Shown one piece after another: positions 20,156-31,740 of a stretch of DNA of 37,966 nt. Source of the DNA: Alphaproteobacteria bacterium (lineage in GTDB: Bacteria > Pseudomonadota > Alphaproteobacteria > SMXQ01); NCBI GenBank assembly GCA_036448135.1, contig JAZFWG010000187.1:1-37966 (forward strand), in the 5' to 3' direction. Numbering within the stretch: the first letter of the stretch is position 1; each line of letters opens with the position of its first letter. A model generated the notes under the pieces. It had not been told where the DNA came from. It searched no databases and saw only the letters and a program-made list of their open reading frames with translations. A program made the position numbers and the translations under genes.

Positions 20156-21886
20156 ATGACGATTAAGCTGAACATGCCGAAGACACAACCTGATCTCAAA
20201 CCCCGTATCACGGTGATCGGTGTCGGTGGCGCCGGTGGCAATGCCGTCAACAACATGATCAAATCCAAGTTGGAGGGCGTCGAATTCGTCGCCGCCAACT
20301 CCGATGCCCAGGCCCTGTCCCACTCCGTGGCCGAGCGCAAAATCCAGCTCGGACGCAACATCACCCAGGGTCTCGGCGCCGGTTCGCGCCCCGATATCGG
20401 ACGCGCCGCCGCCGAAGAGTCGCTCGACGAGATCGTCGAACATGTCCAAGGCGCCAACATGGTCTTCATCACCGCCGGCATGGGCGGCGGCACCGGCACC
20501 GGCGCCGCGCCGGTGGTCGCCCGGGCCGCCCGCGAACAAGGCGTCCTGACCGTCGGCGTCGTCACCAAACCATTCCAATTCGAGGGCATCAACCGCATGC
20601 GCCTGGCCGAAAGCGGCATCGAGGAATTGCAGCAATATGTCGATACCCTGATCATCATCCCCAACCAGAACCTGTTCCGGGTCGCCAACGACAAGACCAC
20701 CTTTGCCGAGGCCTTCAAGATGGCCGACGACGTGCTGCATTCCGGCGTCCGTGGCGTCACCGATCTCATGGTCATGCCCGGCCTCATCAATCTCGACTTC
20801 GCCGATGTCCGCCAGGTCATGAGCGAAATGGGCAAGGCGATGATGGGCACCGGTGAAGCCGAAGGCGAAAAACGGGCGATGGAAGCCGCCGAGGCGGCCA
20901 TTTCCAACCCCTTGCTCGAAGATTCGTCCATGGCCGGCGCCCGCGGCATCCTCATCAACATCACCGGCGGGTCCGATCTGACCCTGTTCGAGGTCGACGA
21001 GGCCGCCAACCGCATCCGTGACGAAGTCGACCCCGAGGCCCACATCATCTTCGGCTCGACATTTGAAGATGATCTCGAGGGACGAATCCGGATTTCGGTC
21101 ATCGCCACCGGGATCGATGTCGAGGCCGACGCCCGGCCGCATCCCACGTTGTTGAGCCTGGTCTCCACGTCCGCCGAAGCCGGCGCCCGGACCCAGGATT
21201 CCGATGACGGCGGGATCGCGGCCCAAGGTGGAGAAGGGGCCGTGGCCGAACCGACCCTGTTCGTTCCCCATGCGCCCCCGGCGGCGCCTTTCGGGCCCGC
21301 ATCGGGGCCCATGGCCCATGCCGTGGGTCAGACCGCCCATGCCATCGCCGCGCCGGCCGTCATGCCGGAACCGGGGATCGTCGAAGCGGAACCGTTCCTG
21401 CCGCCGCCGCCCACCCAAGCCGTGGCCACACCGCAACCGCTGGCAAGGCCGGAGCCCTTCGCCGAAGCCGCCATGGCCAACGGCGGCGCCGCGGTCGCCA
21501 AGGACCGCTCATCCCGCCCGACCCTGTTCGAACGCATGACGGGAACCGGCCGGGCACGTGCGGCCAAGGCCCCCACGGTGGCGCAACCTGCGGCGCCGGC
21601 CGCCATGCCGGAACCGGTGCCGGAAGTCCCTCGCGTCATGGAAGCCGTGGAAGCCCCCGATGTCATGGACGTGCCGGAGACTCCGAACCGCCAGGAAAGC
21701 CAGGCCCCCACCGGATCCGAGCCGGCGGAGCAGCCCGAAACCGGCACCGATGCCGCAGCCGCGACGCCAAGCGAGGCGGCCGAGCAACGGCGCCTCAGCG
21801 AAATCGACAACGGTGCCGAAGGGAAAGCGGGGATCGAGGAGGATCTTCTCGATATCCCGGCATTTCTGCGCCGCCAGGCCAACTAA
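20156..21886 (+). CDS. ftsZ: Cell division GTPase FtsZ with long disordered linker, 576 aa
   Basis: GAGGAGG at 20144-20150 precedes the ATG. Motifs: [13 protein letters not shown], tubulin signature [19 protein letters not shown] Pro/Ala/Glu-rich linker of about 240 aa is followed by the conserved C-terminal peptide [14 protein letters not shown]. Confidence 0.97.
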   Translation: MTIKLNMPKTQPDLKPRITVIGVGGAGGNAVNNMIKSKLEGVEFVAANSDAQALSHSVAERKIQLGRNITQGLGAGSRPDIGRAAAEESLDEIVEHVQGANMVFITAGMGGGTGTGAAPVVARAAREQGVLTVGVVTKPFQFEGINRMRLAESGIEELQQYVDTLIIIPNQNLFRVANDKTTFAEAFKMADDVLHSGVRGVTDLMVMPGLINLDFADVRQVMSEMGKAMMGTGEAEGEKRAMEAAEAAISNPLLEDSSMAGARGILINITGGSDLTLFEVDEAANRIRDEVDPEAHIIFGSTFEDDLEGRIRISVIATGIDVEADARPHPTLLSLVSTSAEAGARTQDSDDGGIAAQGGEGAVAEPTLFVPHAPPAAPFGPASGPMAHAVGQTAHAIAAPAVMPEPGIVEAEPFLPPPPTQAVATPQPLARPEPFAEAAMANGGAAVAKDRSSRPTLFERMTGTGRARAAKAPTVAQPAAPAAMPEPVPEVPRVMEAVEAPDVMDVPETPNRQESQAPTGSEPAEQPETGTDAAAATPSEAAEQRRLSEIDNGAEGKAGIEEDLLDIPAFLRRQAN

Positions 21887-22130
21887 GGGGGCTGCCGGCG
21901 CCAGACCTCGGCAATCAAGGCAAGATCAACGGCGTAACATTTTGTAACAAATAGTGATTTGAGAGGTCCGGGAGATGTTGTTAAACATCTTCAGCGTCGT
22001 GATCGGGTTCTAAATCAGCGACTTATGGCTTGTCCGCGGTGGGTGGTTGAACCATCGGGGTAGAATTCGGGGCGCCCAGGCGCTCACGATGTGTTGAGAC
22101 GTTTGAATTCAAAAGGTGTTTTTCTAGGGC

Positions 22131-23087
22131 ATGGTGAATTTCCTAAAACAAATCACATTGCGCAATGCCATTGACTGCCGTGGCACCGGACTCCATACCG
22201 GTTCCAAGGTGACAATGACCATCGGCCCGGGCGAGGTGGATAGCGGCATCGTGTTCATCCGTTCGGACCTTTCGGGTTCCCAGGCGAAGATCCCCGCCTC
22301 CTGGCGCAATGTTGCCGATTCCCAACTGTGCACCACCTTGACCAATGACGAAGGCGTCAGCGTCAGCACCGTCGAGCATTTGATGGCGGCCTTGGTGGGT
22401 TCGGGCATCGACAATGCCGTGATTGAAATCAACGGTCCCGAAATCCCCATTATGGACGGCAGTGCCGCGCCCTTCGTGTTCCTGATCGAATGCGCCGGGA
22501 TTCAAGAACAATCCGCGCTGCGCCGCGCCATCAAGATTCGTAAGCATGTCATGGTGCGCGAAAACGGCAGTTCGGCTTCGCTGACACCGGGCAACGGTTT
22601 TTCCATCGGTTTCCAAATCGATTTCCCCAGCCCGGCGGTGGCGCAACAGGAACTGCGCATCGACAACATCGAGCGGGCCTTCAAGACCGAGTTGTCCCGC
22701 GCCCGCACCTTCGGGTTTGAGCGCGAAGTCACCGAAATGCGCGCCGCCGGAATGCTGCGCGGCGGTTCGCTGGACAATGCGATCATCGTCGGTGGCGACG
22801 GCGTTCTCAATGTCGACGGATTGCGTTACCGGGACGAATTCGTGCGCCACAAAATCCTTGATTCCATCGGTGATCTCTATCTCGCCGGCAACCCCATAAT
22901 CGGCCACTTCCAAGGTGAGCGTTCCGGCCATCGTCTCAACAACCGGCTGCTGCATAAGCTGCTCTCCGACCCCGATGCCTGGTCCTATGTGACCCTGGGG
23001 TCTGCAGCCCATTCCGGCTTGAGGGCGGGCGCGGCGTCCGAGGATTTCATCGAGGTCGAGCCGGTCTCGATCGCGGCCACCGGCTGA
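22131..23087 (+). CDS. lpxC: UDP-3-O-acyl-N-acetylglucosamine deacetylase LpxC, 318 aa
   Basis: GTGLHTGSKV, STVEHLMAAL, FGFEREV and HKILDSIGDL motifs. Confidence 0.95.
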   Translation: MVNFLKQITLRNAIDCRGTGLHTGSKVTMTIGPGEVDSGIVFIRSDLSGSQAKIPASWRNVADSQLCTTLTNDEGVSVSTVEHLMAALVGSGIDNAVIEINGPEIPIMDGSAAPFVFLIECAGIQEQSALRRAIKIRKHVMVRENGSSASLTPGNGFSIGFQIDFPSPAVAQQELRIDNIERAFKTELSRARTFGFEREVTEMRAAGMLRGGSLDNAIIVGGDGVLNVDGLRYRDEFVRHKILDSIGDLYLAGNPIIGHFQGERSGHRLNNRLLHKLLSDPDAWSYVTLGSAAHSGLRAGAASEDFIEVEPVSIAATG

Positions 23088-23108
23088 TCCGTCTTTCTTC
23101 GATCCACA

Positions 23109-23123
23109 CCCCCCCCCCCCCCC
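23109..23123. repeat. Homopolymeric C15 tract (G15 on the minus strand)
   Basis: Counted directly in the sequence. The count is cross-checked by the five consecutive Gly codons in the antisense ORF 22143..23132. The tract is intergenic, between lpxC and bamD. Confidence 0.95.
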
Positions 23124-23293
23124 AGATTCCACTTCCGAACAGCGTTTTGAGGGCCATATCGGCGCTTTGGGACCAGGATGATGTTGCAGGCGGTTGCCCC
23201 CTGCGTGCTATAGTCAGGGGGAATTCTAGACATTGTCGGGAGCACGGCCTTGAATTGGGTGTCGCGACCTGTTCGGCCTGAAACCGTACCGCC

Positions 23294-24124
23294 ATGATGC
23301 AGTCTCAGTTTGTCACCCTGCGTAGCTGGTTTACGCCCCTGGTCCTTGCCGCGGCGCTGGCCATCACCGCATGTAGCAGCGCCAAGCCCCTGGACCCCGC
23401 CGAACGGCCGGTGGAAGATCTCTATAACGATGCCATGAACGAATTGTTGGTCGGCAGTCCCCTGTTGGCCGCAACCAAATTCGATGAGGTCGAACGCCAG
23501 CATCCCTATTCGGTCTGGGCCAACAAGGCCCAACTCATGTCCGCCTATTCTTATTATACTTTAAACAGGTATATCGAATCCGTCACCGCCCTCGACCGCT
23601 TCATCCGGCTCCATCCCGGCAGCCGCGAAGTGCCCTATGCCCGCTACTTGAGGGCGCTCGGTTTTTACGAGCAGATCACCGATGTCGGCCGTGACCAAGC
23701 CAACACCGTACAGGCCCTCAAGTACCTCAAAGACGTGGTCAAACGTTATCCCAACAGCAAATATGCCCGCGACGCCCGCGTCAAGATCGACCTGACCTAC
23801 GATCAGTTGGCCGGCAAGGAAATGCAAGTGGGACGCTTCTATATCAAGCGCGGACACTATGCGGCCGCGATCAACCGCTTCCGTACGGTCATCGAAAAAT
23901 ACCAGACCACGTCCCATGTGCCCGAGGCCCTGCACCGTCTGACCGAATCGTTCCTTGCCCTCGGCATCAAGGACGAAGCCCAGACCGCCGCCGCCGTGCT
24001 TGGCCACAACTTCCCGGGAAGCGAATGGTATAGCGACAGCTATTCCTTGATCACCGGAGTGAATTTGCAGCCCAAGGTGAAGAAGGGGTCGTGGATCAGC
24101 CGGACCTGGAACTCGGTGTTCTGA
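23294..24124 (+). CDS. bamD: Outer membrane protein assembly factor BamD (TPR lipoprotein), 276 aa
   Basis: Signal peptide with lipobox AITAC followed by SS. TPR-like repeats follow. It occupies the conserved lpxC-bamD-recN position seen in alphaproteobacteria. Confidence 0.87.
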   Translation: MMQSQFVTLRSWFTPLVLAAALAITACSSAKPLDPAERPVEDLYNDAMNELLVGSPLLAATKFDEVERQHPYSVWANKAQLMSAYSYYTLNRYIESVTALDRFIRLHPGSREVPYARYLRALGFYEQITDVGRDQANTVQALKYLKDVVKRYPNSKYARDARVKIDLTYDQLAGKEMQVGRFYIKRGHYAAAINRFRTVIEKYQTTSHVPEALHRLTESFLALGIKDEAQTAAAVLGHNFPGSEWYSDSYSLITGVNLQPKVKKGSWISRTWNSVF

Positions 24125-24130
24125 CAGCCG

Positions 24131-27914
<3,784 letters not shown>

Positions 27915-27923
27915 CCGGCGCCC

Positions 27924-30020
27924 TCAAGGCTTTTCCAGCGGACGCGTCGCGGCGATGAGCCACGCGGCAGTCATATCATCGACCAGCGGTGTCAGCCGTT
28001 CGCGCACCTGGGCATGATAGGCGTTGAGCCAGTCGATCTCGGCCCCGGTCATCAGACCCGGTTCCACCAGGGCGAGGTCGATGGGGGCCTGGGTCAGGGT
28101 CTCGAATTCGTACATTTTGCGGCCATCGGCGCTGGTGGTGTCGCTTTGGCGCACCGTGACCAGGTTTTCGATGCGGATGCCATAGGCCCCGGCCTTGTAG
28201 TAGCCAGGCTCGTTGGAGACCACCATGCCCACCTCGAGGGCAACCGAATTGGCGATCTTGGAAATGCGCTGGGGCCCTTCATGGACGTTGAGATAGGCGC
28301 CGACGCCATGGCCGGTGCCGTGGTCGTAATCGAGCCCGACCCGCCACAGCGCCAGGCGCGCCAGCGCATCCAGCTGCGATCCCGAGGTGCCCTTGGGAAA
28401 GCATGTGCTGGCCAGCGTAATATGACCCTTGAGCACCCGGGTGAAATTCTCGCGCTGCTCATCGCTGGGCTTTAAGGCGGCGCCATCGCCGATGAACCCA
28501 TCGCCTATAAACACGGTGCGGGTGACGTCGGTGGTGCCGTCAAGATACTGGACCCCGGAATCCACCAGATAGATATCGCCCGGTTCGATCTCGCGGTTGG
28601 TGTCCTCATTGACCTGGTAGTGGACGATGGCGCCGTTGGCGCCGGAGCCGGAAATGGTGGGAAAGCTGAGGCCGCGGTAATGCTCGCCCTGGCGGCGAAA
28701 TTCCTCGAGCCGGACCGCCGCCGCCATCTCGGTGAGCCCCCCCTTGGGCGCCGTGGCGGCGATCCAGGCGAGATACCGCGTCAGCGCCGCGCCGTCGCGG
28801 AGATGGGCGCGGCGGATGCCGTCGAGCTCCACCGGGTTCTTACATGCCTTGGGCATGACACAGGGATCGGCGCCCTTGCGGATCTTGGCGCCGGCGGCAT
28901 CGAGCCGCTGGAACACCCAGGCCGGGGCCGTCGCCGGATCGGCCAGGACCGTGCGCCCCTTGGCGCCGAGCCGGTCCAGCGCCGCCGCGAAATCATCCAA
29001 CGCCACCACCGAGACATCGTTGCCGATGGCGGCGCGAACCCGGGGCGTCAGTTTGCGCTCATCGGTGAACAGCTGGACCTTACCGTCGCGGTTGAACACG
29101 GCGAAGGCCAGCACCAGCGGCGTATAGGCCGTGTCGCCACCGCGAATATTGAGAAGCCAGGCGATGGAATCGGCGAGCGTCAGCGCCGCCGCATCGATGC
29201 CGTCGGCCGCCATCTGCCCCGCCAGCCGGGTCCGCTTTTCCGCCGATGTCTCGCCGCTAAAGCGGTCATCCAGCATCCGCACCGGAGAGATCGGCGCCGG
29301 CGCGCGCGCCTTCCAGATGCCGTCGACCGGATTGGCGGAACATGGCACCAGTTCCGCCCCCGCCTTGTCACAGGCCTCGGAGAACATTTCCACCTCGCGC
29401 AAGGTGTGCAACCAGGGGTCATAGCCCAGCCTTTGGCCCCGGCCCAGATTGGCGCCGATCCACTGCGCCGCCGGGCTGGTGGTGACGTGATGGATGGCAA
29501 AATTGGCCGCATCGATCTGGCCCTTGGCCTGCAACTGGTAGCGCCCGTCGACGAACAAGGCGGCAGTCTCGTTGAGGATCACCGCGAAGCCCGCGGTGCC
29601 GGTGAAGCCGGTAATCCAGGTCAGCCGCTGGGCGTATAGGGGGACGTATTCGCCATTGTGCTCGTCGCGGCGGGGGACCAAAAAGCCGTCGAGCTTCTGC
29701 CGCTCGAGCGCCTTGCGCAAAGCACCCAATCGCTCCGACAAGACCTCCGGCGAGGGCCGGTCAGGGGCCGGCCACGCCGTCGCCATCTCCGCCTTCAAGG
29801 CCAGAAGCTGTCCTTTGAGGTCCGCTCCCGGGTCCTGGGCCACCAGGTCCAACCACGCTTCGGGATCGCCCCCTGGCGGGGCCGCCAGCACACCGGCGAT
29901 AAGCTCGCGCAGGGCGGCGATCTTAAGCCCCGGAAGCGCCAGGCGCGCGCCCGCGCCCTTGAGCAAACCGCCAAGTGCCTTGTCGCCCCGATAGGACGAA
30001 TTGTCGCTGCCGACGGACAT
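27924..30020 (-). CDS. Xaa-Pro aminopeptidase (M24B, aminopeptidase P family) with N-terminal extension, 698 aa
   Basis: M24 metal-ligand blocks DSGVQY, DVTRT, HGTGHGVG, SNEPGYY and IRIENL. Creatinase/prolidase N-terminal domains are present. The start is taken at the ATG at 30020 (AAGGA 7 nt upstream). The ORF opens at a TTG at 30083, and an internal ATG at 29786 would give a canonical-size protein of about 620 aa. Confidence 0.85.
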   Translation of the reverse strand: MSVGSDNSSYRGDKALGGLLKGAGARLALPGLKIAALRELIAGVLAAPPGGDPEAWLDLVAQDPGADLKGQLLALKAEMATAWPAPDRPSPEVLSERLGALRKALERQKLDGFLVPRRDEHNGEYVPLYAQRLTWITGFTGTAGFAVILNETAALFVDGRYQLQAKGQIDAANFAIHHVTTSPAAQWIGANLGRGQRLGYDPWLHTLREVEMFSEACDKAGAELVPCSANPVDGIWKARAPAPISPVRMLDDRFSGETSAEKRTRLAGQMAADGIDAAALTLADSIAWLLNIRGGDTAYTPLVLAFAVFNRDGKVQLFTDERKLTPRVRAAIGNDVSVVALDDFAAALDRLGAKGRTVLADPATAPAWVFQRLDAAGAKIRKGADPCVMPKACKNPVELDGIRRAHLRDGAALTRYLAWIAATAPKGGLTEMAAAVRLEEFRRQGEHYRGLSFPTISGSGANGAIVHYQVNEDTNREIEPGDIYLVDSGVQYLDGTTDVTRTVFIGDGFIGDGAALKPSDEQRENFTRVLKGHITLASTCFPKGTSGSQLDALARLALWRVGLDYDHGTGHGVGAYLNVHEGPQRISKIANSVALEVGMVVSNEPGYYKAGAYGIRIENLVTVRQSDTTSADGRKMYEFETLTQAPIDLALVEPGLMTGAEIDWLNAYHAQVRERLTPLVDDMTAAWLIAATRPLEKP

Positions 30021-30396
30021 CGCGGATTCCTTTTTTCTCGCTTGGCTCTGGCCATCAATAGGCGCGCGGCCCACATGAGGCAAGGGCCAAAATCAGGGCC
30101 AAAATAGCGCCTCCCCCGCCAAGGCCGGGGCGCGGATCGGTCAGCCATGCACCGGCTGCAAGGCTGACCAGTGGGAATCGAAATTGTCCCGGTTGCCGGG
30201 GATCCTATCTATATAACAGGCCATAGAATCGGCGTGAATGGCGGCATAAGTAGGGGAAGATTTTTCCATTTCCCTGCCATTTTGGCACCGAGCCCCCACC
30301 GCAAGCCTCGGCTAAAACGCCCTCTTTGGCCCCACCGCGCCGATCGGCGCAGGAAGCCAAATAGGCAAACACACGCGTACCGAAAAGGAGACCCAC

Positions 30397-30711
30397 ATGG
30401 TTCGTAATGATCTCAGCACTTCCCCCCTTGGCCAGCTGCCCTATGCGGGCGGCGCCAAGCTCGTCACCGATGTCTTGACCTTCTTCAGCAACACCCTGCC
30501 CCAGTTGGTGGAACAGGGCCTGGCCAGCCGGGCGCTTTATGAAAGCCTGGAGAAAATGGATGATCAGGCCCTCGAGCAAGTGGGCATCTCCCGCACAGGA
30601 ATTCCGGCCTATGTCGCCGCCAAGATGGGCTATGTCCCCCGCAAGGACGCTCCGTTGCAAGGTGAGTTCGACCTGGAAGCCGCCTACGACGACCGCGAGC
30701 TCGCCGCCTAA
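30397..30711 (+). CDS. Small hypothetical protein with a DUF1127-like segment, 104 aa
   Basis: Strong SD AAGGAG (30385-30390) lies 6 nt before the ATG. The segment LEKMDDQALEQVGISRTGI resembles the DUF1127 core (L.DD..L.DIG..R.DI). A hairpin terminator follows. Confidence 0.6.
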   Translation: MVRNDLSTSPLGQLPYAGGAKLVTDVLTFFSNTLPQLVEQGLASRALYESLEKMDDQALEQVGISRTGIPAYVAAKMGYVPRKDAPLQGEFDLEAAYDDRELAA

Positions 30712-30748
30712 ATAGCTTTCCGGCGCATCGCGCCGCACCGCGGCAAAA

Positions 30749-30783
30749 ACAACACGGCGCTCGCCCCGGAGCGCCGTTGTTGT
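30749..30783. terminator. GC-rich hairpin terminator between convergent genes
   Basis: ACAACACGGCGCTC (30749-30762) pairs with GAGCGCCGTTGTTGT (30769-30783), with one bulge and a 6-nt loop. On the minus strand the hairpin is followed by TTTTT (complement of 30745-30749), so it is a canonical intrinsic terminator for prmA. On the plus strand it lies 38 nt after the DUF1127-like stop but has a weaker U-tract. Confidence 0.6.
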
Positions 30784-30798
30784 ATCCGCCCTCCGGCT

Positions 30799-31701
30799 TC
30801 AACGCCCGCCGCGTGCGAAAATCAGGGTCGACCAGCCGTCAATGCGGATGCGTTCGGCGAGCCTCAATCCCTGCAACCGGTAGGCGGCGACAAGGGCGGC
30901 TTCCTGGGTCCTCAGCAACCCCGATAGGATGACAGTGCCTGGCCGCGCCAGATGACGGGCGATGGCGGGCGCCATGGCGATCAAGGGCCGGGCCAGGATA
31001 TTCGCCGCAATCAGGTCATAGGGCGCCGGGCGGCGAAGTCCCAAGGCGGCGAAGCCGTTGCTTTTGTGAACCCGGACCCAAGGCGCGAGACCGTTGGCGC
31101 GGACATTGGCGGCCGTGGTGCGCACCGCCCAATCATCGATATCGGCGGCCACCACCGGGATCCTTAAGGCCGCCGCCATGGCCAAGGACAGAATTCCCGA
31201 ACCGCAACCGAGGTCGAGCCCGTTGTGAAAGCGCCGCCGCCGCGCCAAGCGGTCGATAGCCAAAAGGCACCCCCGGGTGGATTCGTGGGTGCCGGAGCCG
31301 AACGCCGGGCCGGCATCGAGGGTGAAACGGACGCCACCGCTGCGCCCCCCACCACCACGCCCACTGCCGCCATCATGGCTGCGCGCGATGAAGAAACGCC
31401 CGGCTTGGACCGGTGGGAATTGCGCGCGGTTGAGCGCCAGCCAATCCCGCTCCGCCAATGTCTCTTCGACCACGGCGGGGGCTTCGATGCCACTGGCCGA
31501 TGCCGCCGCCGCCAGGGCCCGGTCCACCAAGGCCATATCCGGCCGTTGCCGGAAAAGGGCCTGAAGGCGCCAGGCGCCTTTGCCAACTTCAAAGCGGCTC
31601 ACCGCCTCGGCAAATCCGGCGAGGCTGTCCTCGAACAGTGGCGCCGCCGGCGCCGGCACCACCAGCGAGATTTGCCATAGCTTTGGCGTATCAGGTTTCA
31701 C
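30799..31701 (-). CDS. prmA: Ribosomal protein L11 methyltransferase PrmA, 300 aa
   Basis: GTG start. Motifs GTHESTRGCL and SAM-binding LDLGCGSGILSLA, plus NILA. Confidence 0.87.
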   Translation of the reverse strand: MKPDTPKLWQISLVVPAPAAPLFEDSLAGFAEAVSRFEVGKGAWRLQALFRQRPDMALVDRALAAAASASGIEAPAVVEETLAERDWLALNRAQFPPVQAGRFFIARSHDGGSGRGGGGRSGGVRFTLDAGPAFGSGTHESTRGCLLAIDRLARRRRFHNGLDLGCGSGILSLAMAAALRIPVVAADIDDWAVRTTAANVRANGLAPWVRVHKSNGFAALGLRRPAPYDLIAANILARPLIAMAPAIARHLARPGTVILSGLLRTQEAALVAAYRLQGLRLAERIRIDGWSTLIFARGGR

Positions 31702-31740
31702 TTGAAGTGCGATTTCACTTGAAGCCAGGGGGCGTCCAAA

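Noticed and set aside
19355-21436. A 693-aa minus-strand ORF (plus 19573..21312) running antisense to ftsA and ftsZ.
   Set aside because: This is a typical high-GC antisense artefact. The composition is dominated by G/R/A/P/D, there are no recognisable motifs, and it fully overlaps two unambiguous conserved genes.
21100-21840. Low-complexity Pro/Ala/Glu-rich stretch in the ftsZ 3' half, considered as a possible separate or repeat-derived element.
   Set aside because: It is in frame with ftsZ and ends in the conserved C-terminal peptide DIPAFLRRQ. Long disordered linkers are normal for alphaproteobacterial FtsZ.
24109-24121. GAAC-N5-GTTC dyad 10 nt upstream of the recN start, considered as an SOS box.
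   Set aside because: It is an inverted repeat with N5 spacing. It matches neither the alphaproteobacterial direct-repeat box nor the GAAC-N4-GTTC Cheo box, and it lies inside the bamD coding end.
30171-30407. 78-aa plus-strand ORF in the pepP / DUF1127 intergenic region.
   Set aside because: GTG start without an SD, an Arg/Pro/His-rich translation, and overlap with the well-supported SD and ATG of the DUF1127-like gene. Most likely non-coding leader.
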